Origin: Octopus vulgaris
Taxonomy: Eukaryota
Reading direction: 5' to 3'
Assembly: GCA_951406725.2 (NCBI GenBank)
Contig: OX597827.1
Span: forward strand, 41,106,001-41,170,000
DNA length: 64,000 nt
A program made the translations under genes and the position numbers. Below are positions 1 through 12,037 of the stretch, one piece after another. The notes beneath the pieces were generated by a model. That model was given only the letters and a program-made list of their open reading frames with translations. It made no database searches and was not told where the DNA came from. The number at the start of each line of letters is the position of its first letter. The first letter of the stretch is position 1.

Positions 1-334
1 ACATCTTTTACTCTTAGCATTTTTGAGAAGTTATTTACGAAGTTATTTCACGTTAAAGTTGTAGTATTTCGGTAATTTCAACCAATCAATGACGAGTATT
101 CAGTTGAATAAAATTACTGCTGGCGGTGTATATTTCATTTGTCACTGTTATTTATAACAACCCTAACCCCAAAACACTAACCCTAACATCCTAACCTTAA
201 AACCTTAAAGCTAAAACCAGTACAAAAGCATGAACGATGTTTTATATGACACATTCTATCAGTGTCCGAAGTTTGAAAGTGTTTAGTTACAAAAAATTAT
301 TTAAAAAATCTGTCGGTCAAAAGGTAAAGATCCC
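1..334. mobile_element. MITE, right part (truncated by window edge), related to the element at 12134-12521
   Basis: Ends in AAAGATCCC like the 12134-12521 terminal inverted repeat (TIR); shares internal motifs (caaccaatcaatgacg, ccctaaccc, atatgacac). Confidence 0.7.
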
Positions 335-352
335 GGAATTTTAACTCATATA

Positions 353-753
353 GGCGCAGGAGTGGCTGTGTGGTAAGTGTTTACAAACCACATGGTTCCA
401 GCTTCAGTCCCACTGCATGGCACCTTGGGCAAGTGTCTTCTACTATAGCCTCGGGCCGACCAAAGACTTGTGAGTGGATTTGGTAGACGAAAACTGAAAG
501 AAGCCCATCGTATATATGTATGTATATATATATATGTATGTGTGTGTTTGTGTGTCTGTGTTTGTCCCCCTAGCATTGCTTGACAACCGATGCTGGTGTG
601 TTTATGTCCCCGTAACTTAGCGGTTCGGCAAAAGAGACCGATAGAATAAGTACTGGGCTTACAAAGAATAAGTCGAGTTGCTCGATTAAAAAAGGCGGTG
701 CTCCAGCATGGCCACAGTCAGATGACTGAAACAAGTAAAAGAGTAAAGAGAGT
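353..753 (+). mobile_element. tRNA-derived CORE-type SINE (family A), near full length
   Basis: Head GGCGCAGGAGTGGCTGTGTGGTAAG with a B-box-like segment; CORE-like ACCTTGGGCAAGTGTCTT; internal (TA/TG)n; tail CCAGCATGGCC...ATGACTGAAACAAGTAAAAGAG. More than 10 copies in the window. Confidence 0.9.
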
Positions 754-1478
754 ATATATGCCCACAAAAAATTCCACTGTATTTAGATTAAACGTTATGG
801 CAAGCTTTCACAATTTGGAAGAGAAGGACAGTATGCAACTGTTAGCTACGGGTATCGACTACCTACAAAGCATTTCGTATGCTCACTCAGATGCTTCCCG
901 GCAAGTACATATCCAAAGAAATAGGAGCAGGTTTTGCGTTGCGAAAACGCAACCAGGGGTATATATAGGTTTATCAACTTCGCTGAATACTTTCATTAGA
1001 TTTTTTTTATATCACTTATTGAAAAGCAGGAAGGAATCATTGTTTTTAGATCAAGAAAATTTTATTAATCTTACTTTTTCATTTTATTTTAGAAACTTAC
1101 ACAATGGGGGATCAATAAGCTATTTCAATGGTTTCATGAAGGGGGCTAATGATATAAGAAATTAGCCGACCTCAGCAAACTTCGCTCAGTGTCCTAGAAA
1201 AAGCAACCAAATTTCTCCCAAACTGCGCTCTACTGTCTTAAAGACGTAAAGAACTCATTAATGAATGTGAGTTATATTTGTTAGGCAAGTGGCTTGATCT
1301 TAGACCGTATGTTGAACCTGAAACAGCTACATCATAGAAGAGAGCTTTTATGTCGTTTAAGAACACATTGTATCTGTTATACTAAGTTTTTTTTACTTAT
1401 TTGTAACTAAATCTGTCCATAAAACACTAAGTTTCGTTGCATTTCTTACAAACTGAACATCGACACAAATTCATTGTC

Positions 1479-1512
1479 AAGTTTCATCGCACTTCTAAGT
1501 GCGATGAAACTT
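1479..1512. repeat. Perfect inverted repeat, 16-bp arms with 2-nt spacer
   Basis: aagtttcatcgcactt-ct-aagtgcgatgaaactt. Confidence 0.95.
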
Positions 1513-1772
1513 TTAGGCACTTCATAGTAGATGGTACTGAAGCAGCCCTGGAGTAAGAGAGGCGACGAAAGGACTTTGATAAACCTCGCTAATTGATTAA
1601 CTGACTGAACGATTAATCAAACAATTAATTAGTTAATTGGTAAGCTAATTGACTAATAACAACAAAGGAAGCGAAATAGAACCAGTGCGCGTGTTTTTTT
1701 ATGGCCGTAATGATCCTCCCGAGATATAACAAAATCTATTTCAACGTACGAGTTCACATATAGAATCTTTAA

Positions 1773-1780
1773 TGTGTGTG

Positions 1781-1824
<44 letters not shown>

Positions 1825-1841
1825 TGTGTGTGCGTGCGTGT
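1773..1841. repeat. (GTGC)n/(GT)n microsatellite
   Basis: Seen directly. Confidence 0.95.
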
Positions 1842-2204
1842 AAGAAAAAAGATATTAGCGGATGCTGCAATTATCTTATCGATTAACTGGTAAACTTAAT
1901 TTCACCGAAACTAATAATGTTTAATATCCGATATGTTTTTAGACCAACACTGAATCAAATAAATAACTAAATAAATAAATAGATTTTCGTGTCAGCTATA
2001 TAAATCGGAAAATGTCAAGCAATACACAACATGGCGCTCCCTTATAATAGGTTAAGATAAGTCGCTAGCGCCAAACTATTTCCTGTTTAACGGTTGAAAA
2101 AATTTCAACACAGTATCATTTAACGGAATATGTTAGCTATGATTGTTGCTGAATGCCACAACAATGACAAATGCCTAAGAACTCCTTCCAAACAAGCCTT
2201 TATG

Positions 2205-2572
2205 TAGTCGCTTGCTATCCTAAAAATAGCAGCAAAATCTCCCTCAAATCAAACACTGTCTTTGTAAAAGACGTTAGATAATATTGCTGAGTCTCCAGTA
2301 CATAAGGAAAAGACGTGATGATCATGGCCGGAATGCCTTTGATAATAGATCTACTTGATCAGAGCTGACCTGTCGAACGCTCCTCAACGCGGTGGCTTGT
2401 CTTCTAGAAATAGCAGCGAAATATTCTTTAAATCACACCCCACTGTCTGAGATAAGGAAAAGAGCATATTGGACAATATAGTCTTAAGTACACCTAAAAA
2501 TAAGGGATGGTCACGACTGGAAAGCTTTTGATCGTAGGTTTGTTTCATCAAATTTTACTTGCTTCTAAACAC
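2205..2572 (+). mobile_element. Two adjacent copies of an old retroposon-like repeat (family D)
   Basis: Approximate consensus by eye ctagaaatagcagccaaatctccctcaaatcacacc...ggaatgcctttgatc...gatcagggctgacctggggctaaacaac. Diverged copies also near 1190, 3140, 12540, 16355(-), 16620(-), 27820, 43570, 49135, 55700(-). Confidence 0.7.
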
Positions 2573-2576
2573 GTGG

Positions 2577-2619
<43 letters not shown>

Positions 2620-3696
2620 CTTTTGCGGGAGATTTAGCTGGTATTCCTAGCAAGAAGTGGTCCACGAAAAGGCACCGTGAAAGCAGCAGAAATAAATGCG
2701 CCGGAATACGTTTATGAAACTTCTACTTTCAACCTACAACTTCTTGAATTCAAAGGTTACTCGAGTCGCCTTTGTGCCCTTCATACTTCCAGTATTGATA
2801 ACGTACGTGGTACAAGTTATACACGGTGAAAGAGAGTCGATTCAAAAGACTGCAAACAGATCTTTCTCACGCATTCACGGTCTTGTGTTTAACGTCAGAA
2901 CTCAATATTGCAATATCCGAATAATTTGTAGTTTAGAATCTTTGATTAAACGTTCGTGCTTCAATCATGGAACATATTGGAATCACTGAAAGACATCACT
3001 ATACTTCCACACACTCCTACATCTCCACATCCGCTACTCTACTATTCTGCAATATACAGCACGCCTCGCTGCACTGCATCCCTACATCGTGCCGTAGTAC
3101 ACAAATCTACCAACGACGAACGAATGTAAGGGTCTGTATGCAGTCGTCCTACCTTCTAGAAATAGCAGTCACATCTCGACACAAATCATATCATATCGTC
3201 TTTAACAAAACGTAAAAGAAGGAATGTATTGGATAATACAGTTGGAAAGTCTTAGATTAACAAACTGGAAATATTTTGATTACAGTTTTCCTCAATAAGG
3301 TTTGACCTGGTGCTAAACAGCACAGCATCTGTGTAATTGTTCGATCTGCTTGAGAAAGCAGCCAAATTACCCTCAGATATTACAGTACTTAGCTATATAA
3401 TGCAATTCAGCTGGGTGTTGGTAGAGCACAATGATGGTACATGATAGCAATATAATCGCACTATGCACAAACCAAGCATGGTTTACCCTGCAATGCTACG
3501 TGAGCCAGCTAAAATTAACGTGGTCTTTTCAGGATATTAGAAGCCAAGTTTTGAAATTCATTTAAAGAGGTGTGTCTTTGGTGACAATAATAAAATATAC
3601 AAATTTTGTTGTTCATAGATACTACAGAGTATTGTAATATATGCAGTTTCTTTCAATGTCAGGGCTGGTAATTCGAACATAAGGTGTGTAGGAGGG

Positions 3697-3915
3697 AGCA
3701 GGCGTCGAGTTGGCAGAATCGTTAGCATGCCGGGCAAAATGCTTGGCATTTCGTCTCTCTTTACGTTCTGAGTTCAAATGCCGCCGAGGTCGACTTTACT
3801 TTTTATCCTTTCGGGGTCGATAATATAAGTACCCGGTGAGCACTAGGGGTCGATATATAATCGACTTGCGCCTCTAAACCGAAATTGATGGCCTTGTGCC
3901 AAAATTTGAAACCAA
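3697..3915 (+). mobile_element. SINE family B copy with tail 2
   Basis: ggcgtcgagttggcagaatcgttagc...gagttcaaat (B box)...gaggtcgacttt...atcctttcggggtcgat...ggccttgtgcc. Confidence 0.85.
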
Positions 3916-5765
3916 TATTTAGCAGAAGCAAGAGTGACTCAAGGGCCAAGAGTTTCGTGCGTTAGTACTTATCAAACTAGCGACATATTGAAGAGTTGTG
4001 AATTTTGTGTTAGTAAACGATATAATTTTTAATACGAATCAATGTTTCCCCACAGTATTCTTGTTTGTCTTTGAATGACTTAAGCGACAGCTGTTTGTCA
4101 CACGAAGAAACGAAGTAGCGGTCAGTTTAATAGAAAGACTATTTTAATTAGACTATTAAAATATTTTTCATCTCAAATTCTTAGAAGCTGAACTCACTCA
4201 GTCTTTCTCATGACGCAAAACCCATTGATTATTTACTATCGTTTTTCCCCAACTCACGTGTTCAATAAAATAATGGCGGTGACGAATTGTCTCGCAAAAT
4301 GTACACAAATGAGAAAGGAGGGCCAATGATAGACAGTGAACTGCGGTCATGCTGCCCTATCTCTCCTTGAAGGGTTTTAGTCGAACAAATCGACTCTGGT
4401 GCTTTTATTTTTTTATTCTGGTACTTGTTTTATCGATCCTTTTTCCAAACCGGGTGAGTAAACAAAGCAACACCGTTGTCAGTCGGTGTGTATGTGTGTG
4501 TGGGGGTGAACAAACACACACACACACACACGACGGCTTCTTTCAGTTTCCGTCTACCAAATTCACTCATAAGGCATTGATCAGCCTGGGTTATTGTAGC
4601 AGACACTTGCCGAATGTACACCGCAGTGGAACTGATCCTGAAACCAGGTTGTTGCAAAGTGCCACACAGCTATGCTTACGCCTAAATCACCCAGCCATGC
4701 CCTAATGAAAAAACATTTTGAACTATTTTTACCATAAATATAATAATGGTCATTTAACAAACCATATAATATAATATACTATATAGTCTAGTAATTCATT
4801 TTATATGGCGATACGTAAAGAGAATTTAAGGAAACTTATTTCAAATTTTCTCCTGTACGTCACTGTAATGCGGAAGGTTTTTGAGATTTTTTTTACTTAT
4901 CGCAACATAATCCGTAATGGATCTAGTTAAAATAAATCTAATATGGTTAACTATAAATCTAATACGGTTCCGTAGTATACGAACTACTACTTTAATATGT
5001 CAATAAATAAATAAATAAATAAACAAACAAATAAAAAGTTATTCTCTGAAACCAGTTTTTAATTGTATTAGTTAACTGATACAAAAAGGAAATATATTCT
5101 AAATCGAGATATACTGTGTAGCAGAAAAACCTTCAAAGGGTGCAGAGACGTGATTGTGGTAAAAAAAGTTTACTTGTTAACCATATGACTCTAGGTTCAG
5201 TCCCACTGCGTGACCCTGTGAGCAAGTGCATTCTACTATAACCTCGGGCCGACTAAAGCTTTGAGAGTAGATTTGGTAGACAGAAACTTAAAGAAGCCTG
5301 TCGTGTATATATATGTATATATGTATATATGTATGTGTGTGTGTGTGTGTGTGTAAGCACTGCTCGACGTCTCAGCAACATAACGGTTCGACAAAAGAAA
5401 CCGACAGAATAAGTAACAGGCTTTAAAAAGGATAAACAATGGGATCGATTCGTTCAAACAAATCTGAAGATTATACCCCAGCATGGCGGCAGTCTAATGA
5501 CTGAAATAAAGTAAAAGATAACCGATACTTTACACGGTGTGGCGCTAGTGAAGTTAGCCAGGTAGTAGTGGCGTCTCCACAAAGCTGGTGTTTTACCATT
5601 TTTCGTTGTCCAGTTACCATCATGGTTTGGCCCAGTGCATATTATACGTTTGATTTTGAAATGCTTATGAAGAATTGGGAATTTGGGAACTTTTTGCCGC
5701 ACCCGCAGTAATGAAAAGGTTAGGGTTTTCACAAGAAAAAGGCGGAGTTTTATAACGATCTAGAA

Positions 5766-6076
5766 CAGGGGTCGGGGAACTTTTTAACCAATTACCCCAA
5801 ATTATATTTATTTACGCCGACGTTGCCCTCTTGATTTGAAAGGAAGAAAATAATAGATTCTTTGAATTCAAAGGGTTTATTGAATCTATTTATATGAATC
5901 TATTTACACGTCCATTACATTGGACAGATGCAGTGTTGCCAGAAGAAAATTTTCTGCTGTAACAAGGAACACGTTTTTTTTATATAAATTTCCTTATGTC
6001 TAATGATTAGTCCTTACCACCAAGAATTTCATTTTTACCTCAGTTGGAGTAATCTACCCCGGTTCGCCGACCCCTG
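5766..6076. mobile_element. Non-autonomous hAT (Charlie-like) MITE
   Basis: 15-bp TIRs CAGGGGTCGGGGAAC / GTTCGCCGACCCCTG (14/15 match); perfect 8-bp TSD ATCTAGAA at 5758-5765 and 6077-6084, fitting the NTCTAGAN preference of Charlie-type hATs. Confidence 0.93.
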
Positions 6077-6437
6077 ATCTAGAATACATCAAATTTGAAG
6101 ATGAACTGATGGTGGATTGGGAGGCTAGGACTAACAAATAAAAACGGTTTCTTTTTTGTTTTTCGAGAAAGGTCCCACCAAAACTGAGATGCGTCTCGTA
6201 AGTCCGTGCATCTTATAAACTGCCAAATGTGGTAATAGAATGCATATTATGACAGGTTAAGTGTTGTTACTTAATATTCCTTCTCACTAGTGTTATATGA
6301 AGCATGTATTATTGATACGCGTTTGTTGCATTAGAAAAATATCTCTATTTAGTAACAGCCGATATAAATGTTGATTGGTCAGTTTATTTCTCCAGTCAAT
6401 CTTTACATTATTCATACATACGTATATACATACATAA

Positions 6438-6992
6438 GGCGGCGAGCTGGCAGAAACGTTAGCACACCGGGCGAGATGCTTAACGGTATATCGTCTGCCG
6501 TTACGTTCTGAGCTCAAATTCCACCGAAGTCGACTTTGCCTTTCATCCTTTCGGGGTCGATAAATTAAGTACCAGCTACGCACTGGGGTCGATATAATCG
6601 ACTTAATCCGTTTGTCTGTCCTTGTTTGTCCTCTCTGTGTTTAGCCCCTTGTGAGTAGTAAAGAAATATGTATTTCGTCTGCCGCTACGTTCTGAGTTCA
6701 AATTTCGCCGAGGTCGACTTTGCCTTTCATCCTTTCGGGGTCGATAAATTAAGTACCAGCTACGCACTGGAGTCGATATAATCGACTTAATCCGTTTGTC
6801 TGTCCTTGTTTGTCCTCTCTGTGTTTAGCCTCTTGTGAGTAGTAAAGAAATAAGAATTGTTAGCACATGGGACGAAATGCTTAGCGGTATTTTGTCCATC
6901 GCTACGTTGCGAGTTCAAATTGCGACGGGGTCGATGTGATCGACTTTCCCCTCCCCAAAATTTCAGGCCTTGTGTCTATAATAGAAAGGATT
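6438..6992 (+). mobile_element. SINE family B tandem: head plus two 184-bp units, then an older tail-2 copy
   Basis: tcgtctgccg recurs at 6491 and 6675 (period 184). Confidence 0.9.
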
Positions 6993-7014
6993 ATGCATGC
7001 ACACATACATAGGT

Positions 7015-7070
7015 GACGAACGGCGACTTGAACAAAAAGTCAAAAACAAAAGTGAGATGGACGTATACAG

Positions 7071-7106
<36 letters not shown>

Positions 7107-7270
7107 TCTGACGCTCGTTGAAAGTTCAGATGGAAAATTATAAATGAAAACTTGAAGTTTTGAGCATAGCTCTTCGTCGGATAGTGGGGAAAAGACCAAA
7201 GAAGAGGAAAAGGAGGAAGAAACGGATAGTCTGGAGGAAAGCACGCGGATCACTACATGGTTTCTCTTTT
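7015..7270 (-). mobile_element. Probable Penelope-like pseudo-LTR fragment with degenerate hammerhead motif
   Basis: Minus strand 7180-7157 reads CCGACGA-A-GAGC-TAT-GCTC-AAAAC versus consensus CTGANGA...GAAAC; architecture resembles 38610-38806. Confidence 0.45.
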
Positions 7271-7283
7271 CCTCTCTCTCCCT

Positions 7284-7349
<66 letters not shown>

Positions 7350-7544
7350 ATTATTAAAAAGGATACAGAGAGAGAGTTAGCATAACAAGCGCAGGAGGAG
7401 TGCCTTATAACCATCTGAAAAATACACATTTTTTTAAAAAACTAAATTTTGCTTGAGATAGATTTTGGGTGAACTAGATTGCGAGTATGCTTATAAAATT
7501 TAGAATAATAAAAGATATACTGGCGTATAAAACAGATTAAGCAA

Positions 7545-7838
7545 CCTTCTCGAGCCCATTGGATTCTTAAGAACCGGTTTCCGGGTTTCCGTGACGTATA
7601 TATATTTACCCTGTAAATATATATATATAGAGTGAGTATATATATTTAAACCGTGTATGTATATTTACATGGGACACTGGTCCGTCATAGGGTTACCCAC
7701 TTTTGCCAGCTGAGTAGACTGGAACAACGTGAAATGAAATTTTTTTTACCCAAGAATATAACACGTCGGTCGGTCCAGGTATTGAAATCACAATCTTACG
7801 AGCGTGAGTCCAACACTAACCATTAGGCTACCCGTCTC
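7545..7838 (-). mobile_element. tRNA-derived SINE (family C): CORE-like middle plus V-like tail
   Basis: Minus: tagcctaatggttag...tttcacgttgttccagtctactcagctggcaaaa...gacggaccagtgtccc...ggaaacccggaaaccgg. Confidence 0.75.
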
Positions 7839-7937
7839 TCTTGCTTCTAATGCGTTTGCATTACTGATGGGAGATTGAATGTTGTAGACTAGGGAATCGG
7901 TAAAGCACAAGTCCGCTAGGCACAATAATTATTACTA

Positions 7938-8311
7938 ATTACCTCTGCCAAGAAAGGAGGTTATGTTTTCATCGGTGTTGGTTTGTCCGTCTGTGTGCAA
8001 AATAACTCAAAAAGTTGAGAACGGTATTTGATGAAACTTGCAGGAAAAGTTGGTAATGAAACAAGGAACAGATGACGAAATTTTATGGATCCTTGATAGA
8101 TGTTTCATTTGTTATATTTACTTTACATGAAGTATTACGTTACGCTCTTTGATTATCTCCCTTGAAAACACGTTCATCATTTGCACGTAACCTACGGTGA
8201 CGTTGCTGTTTCCAAAGTTTATTTTCGTTTCTCTATTAGTAATTATACTCGCGTATTTATCTTAAAATGAGCTGCTTGGCGAATGTCTGCGCTCTTTGAG
8301 TGCTTTTCTAG
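7938..8311 (+). mobile_element. Non-autonomous Helitron/Helentron (HINE-like) element
   Basis: Start attacctctgccaag...ggaggttatgttttc; partial subterminal inverted repeat cttggc; 3' hairpin gcgctc-ttt-gagtgc; ends CTAG|T. Confidence 0.7.
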
Positions 8312-8919
8312 TTATAAAATTATTGAAAACAAGCCAACGTGTCACTGTCTGTTAGCATAAACTTACGAAAAATCGTTTACAATACATCGGCAGTTATATG
8401 GAGAGGTCACATTATCTTATTATAACTTCTTTCCTCGCATATAACGCATACACGATAATGTCTTTCATTATTTAATGACTGTGTTATCTTTAAGAAATAT
8501 ATTTTTTAATTATCCAAATGAAAATTATCCTAGAATGGTGAAAGGAATATTAAACTTTCACCCATCCTATCAGCTTTTCGCAATGAGTAGATGACAATAA
8601 GATTATAGCGGTGGTGCAGCCCTGGTGGCCGATAACGGTAACACAAAACATCGTATATAATGGCAATTCTCTTGACCAAAATATAAACACCTATATAGTT
8701 GATTTGAAAGAAGATAAAAAATTAAACGCGGTTCTTGTATAGCATAGTTTATATGTGATAAATTTATGGTTTCGTACTTTATTCCAGTATACTGCCACGA
8801 CATTGTATTTACATACACAAAACCATAATTCTTTTCCTTACAAAATCTCTTTAAATTATCTTTCAATAAATCTATGTTGAAACATTAAATCTGTCTTTCT
8901 CTTGCAAAATATATAAGTA

Positions 8920-9041
8920 AAACGGGGGTGCAGCTTATGCGAGAGGGCATCTTACACGCTGGCAAATCGGCATTTATTGAAAATACACAAACGATTTGCC
9001 AGCGTGTAAGATGCCCTCTCGCATAAGCTGCACCCCCGTTT
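8920..9041. repeat. Perfect 50-bp inverted repeat with 22-nt loop
   Basis: 8920-8969 is the exact reverse complement of 8992-9041. Confidence 0.97.
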
Positions 9042-9239
9042 ACTAATAGAGAAACGAAAATAAACTTTGGAAACAGCAACGTCACCATAGGTTACGTGGT
9101 GCAAACGATGAACGTGTTTTCAAGGGAGATAATCATAGAGCGTAACGTAATACTTCATGTAAAGTAAATATAACAAATGAAAAATCTTCCAAGGTTCCAT
9201 AAAAATTCCCGGATCACTACCAAAATTTCGTCATCTGTT
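9042..9239 (-). repeat. Inverted partial copy of 8067-8240
   Basis: actaatagagaaacgaaaataaactttggaaacagcaacgtcacc...aaaatttcgtcatctgtt is the reverse complement of 8067-8240 with some substitutions and one insertion. Confidence 0.9.
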
Positions 9240-9339
9240 TATTTAATTACATTTTAAGGTTATAATGAAGTTAAATCCTTCCGAGGTCAATTTTGTTTTT
9301 CATCCTTTCGGGGTCGATAAAATAAAGTAACAGTCAAGT

Positions 9340-9700
9340 AGGCGTATGAGTGGCTGTGTAGTAAGTAGCTTGCTTACCAACCACATGTCTTCTACTATAG
9401 CCTCGGGCCGACCAAAGCCTTGTGAGTGGATTTGGTAGACGGAAACTGAAAGAAGCCCGTCGTATATATGTATATATATATATGTGTGTGTGTATATATT
9501 TGTGTGTCTGTGTTTGTCCCCAAACATCGCTTGACAACCGATGCTGGTGTGTTTATGTCCCCGTTACTAAGCGGTTCGGCAAAAGATACCGATAGAATAA
9601 GTACTAGGCTTACAAAGAATGTCCTGAGGTCAATTTGCTTGACTAAAAGCGGTGCCCCAGCATGGCCACGGTCACATGACTGAAACAAGTAAAAGAGTAG
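9340..9700 (+). mobile_element. SINE family A copy with internal deletion
   Basis: Same head and tail as 353-753; B-box and start of the CORE-like block are missing. Confidence 0.88.
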
Positions 9701-10778
9701 AGAGAGAGAGTAGGGGATCGACGATATGGACTTTACCCTCTATTACAAAATCACAGCATTGTGCCAAAGTTTGAAACTATTAAAAGAAAGAGTATTGGTT
9801 TAGTTAGTAGAATTGCTGGAGCGTCGGACAAAATGCTTTGCAGTATTTCTTCCGTTTTGGGGAGGCGGGGTTACGATCTGGTTTCAATTACCACCGAAGT
9901 CAACTTTGCCTTTTATCCTTTAGGGATCTGTAAAATAAAGAACCAATCAAGTACTGGATTGTAATCGATTAATCGACTAATTCCCCACCTCAAAATAAAT
10001 GCTCCAGCATGATTGCAGCTGCATGGCTAAGACGAATAAAAGAGTAAAAAGAAAAAAAAATGTTCGAGTTGTCCCAAAATTAGAAACAATTTGAAAGTGA
10101 CTAATATTTCTCTTCTAAAAATTACTATTCATTTCATCATCTCCTAATATAATGAGCGTAGTAATTTTACAGATTTGTCCAAAATCACGCATTAAGAATA
10201 AATGGTGAAGGGAGAGGAAAGAAAATAGCAATTCAGTGAAGGAGAAGTAGTGAGAGAAAGTAATAGCAATGAGAGAGAGGAAGTGATAAAGAGAACGTCG
10301 TGTATCTTCTAATGTAATAATCTACCATAATACTCTTGTGTATTTCTCCGACACAACATATGAATGAGAAAGGAAGGGGTGGTCCACCGATAGAAGTTGG
10401 AGAATGAAAAGTCAACGGTGAAACAAAAATCAAAAAGCGCTTTAACTGTGTGTGAGTATATGTGCGTGCGTGTAAGTCGGTATTTGTGTAAAATATATTT
10501 ATATATTTGAGTGTATATATATGTTCGTGTATGTCTATTTAGAAAGATACATAGCAAATAGAATTACAGACACGCGCATTTACACATACAAACATATATA
10601 TATATATATATCAACAGACACACTTAAAAAGGAAGGAAGCGAGCTGTGACAAAGTATAGAAAACCGCGTTCGCTACAGACTGTGCTACACGTACATATAA
10701 ATGTACACACACACACAAAGTTGAAGCACTGATTTTCTTCACCTTTTGTACCCTTTTTATATATAAAATTCTATAATT

Positions 10779-10812
10779 AGCCGTTATTTTTGACGGCACG
10801 GGCTCAGCTAGT
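10779..10812 (+). mobile_element. Possible Helitron 3' end
   Basis: Hairpin gccgtta-tttt-tgacggc followed by acgggctcagCTAG|T. Confidence 0.4.
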
Positions 10813-10961
10813 TTTGTATAAACAGTAAAAAAATTACGAAAGCTAAATCATAATTATTGTCTACGTATAATGCCATATTTCCTGATGATTACTTCATAGT
10901 GACAAATATATGTTTCCAAAGTTACCGTCATATGACGGATAAGTCTCTAGTTTACCACCTG

Positions 10962-11232
10962 ACTAGTACTCCGTCGGCTACGACGATGAGTGTTCTGGTT
11001 GATGCCATCAACGGAACAGCCTGCTCCTGAACCTTGTACCCAGGGAGATAGATTCAGCGCGACGCAGAATCTGACAAGGTTGGCCCTTTGAATTACAGGT
11101 ACAACTCATTTTTGCCAGCTGAGTGAACTTGAGCAACGTGAAATAAAACGAGGACACAACGCACCGCCGGAAATCGAACTCGTGACCTTACGATCGTGAG
11201 CCAAATACCCTAACCACTAAGCCACGCGCTTT
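10962..11232 (-). mobile_element. tRNA-derived SINE (family C): CORE-like middle plus tail X
   Basis: Minus: gcgtggcttagtggttaggg...gagttcgattt...tttcacgttgctcaagttcactcagctggcaaaaatgagt-tgtacctgtaattcaaagggccaaccttgtc. Confidence 0.8.
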
Positions 11233-11316
11233 TCCCTATAGTTTAACTATGGGGTTTTGCTGTTCGTGTTATCAGACACTGCAATACACGAATCACAATT
11301 TGGAAATAAGCTAAAT

Positions 11317-11622
11317 TGTTGTTTGTTCCTTCTCGTTGTTTGTTCCAAGCCTGGCTCATAAGGGCCGGTTTCCCGGTTTCCTTGGTGTATAGGCTCCCCA
11401 CCTGGACGGGACGTCGGTCCGTCGCAGGTGAGCTGCAAGATGCAGGAGTGAGAGAAAGTTGTGGCGGAAGAGTCAGCAGAAGTTCGCCATTACCTCCTAT
11501 CGGAGCCGCGTGAAGCTTAGGTGTTTCGCTCATAAACACTCACATCGCCCGCTCTGAGATTCGAACCCGCGATCCCTCGACCGCGAGTCCGCTGCTCTAA
11601 CCACTAGGCCATGTGCCTCCAC
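11317..11622 (-). mobile_element. tRNA(Arg)-like SINE (resembles octopus OR-type): middle M2 plus V-like tail, with 12-bp TSD
   Basis: A box TGGCCTAGTGG, B box GGTTCGAATC, anticodon-like TCG; TSD AATAAGCTAAAT at 11305-11316 and 11623-11634. Confidence 0.9.
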
Positions 11623-11653
11623 AATAAGCTAAATACTGACCTTATATTTAGTA

Positions 11654-12037
11654 CTAGCAGTATCGCCCGGCGTTGCTCAGGTTTGTAAGGGAAATAACTA
11701 TAAAGCATTTTTAGAGAGTTATAGCCAAAAAATAGCAAAAAAATGGAAAAAAAATGATGGTAAATTTTTTTTGAGAGTTAAAAAAGGTGGAGTTGCGTCC
11801 CCTAGACGGTCTGTGGTTTGGGTTTCTGATTCTCGACCCCATGTCGAATTTATCGATTTTTTTCAGAACTGGGGGAACTTTTCAAAATTTTCGCTGCGTT
11901 AGTTTTGAATTATGACATTGGGCTATGTGTGTGTCAAGTTTCATCAGAATCGGTTGAAAGCCGTGGTCAGAGTGAGGGTACGAGAAAACAGACACACAGA
12001 AAACGCACAGACAAACTGCCGTTTATATAGAGAGAGA
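11654..12037 (-). mobile_element. Non-autonomous Helitron, copy 1
   Basis: Minus strand starts A|TC and ends CTAG|T; GC hairpin (cctgagcaacgccggg) just before CTAG; no TSD; very similar copy at 29677-30055. Confidence 0.85.

Noticed and set aside
160-210. Interstitial telomere or fusion site
   Set aside because: Short degenerate CCCTAA run internal to a MITE.
346-767. Recurring 'similar protein' ORFs (ASFSFRLPNPLTRLWSARGYSRRHLPK; GHAGAPP...SVSFAEPL)
   Set aside because: They are translations of SINE family A on either strand, not a gene family.
698-1165. 155-aa ORF
   Set aside because: Starts inside a SINE tail at a non-ATG codon; no recognisable domain.
5519-6233. Possible outer pogo/mariner-like MITE around the hAT element
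   Set aside because: Only TACC/GGTA match between the putative ends.
11545-11622. tRNA-Arg gene (also 22286-22365)
   Set aside because: Continues into a SINE body with TSD and has no Pol III terminator at the expected place; it is a SINE head.
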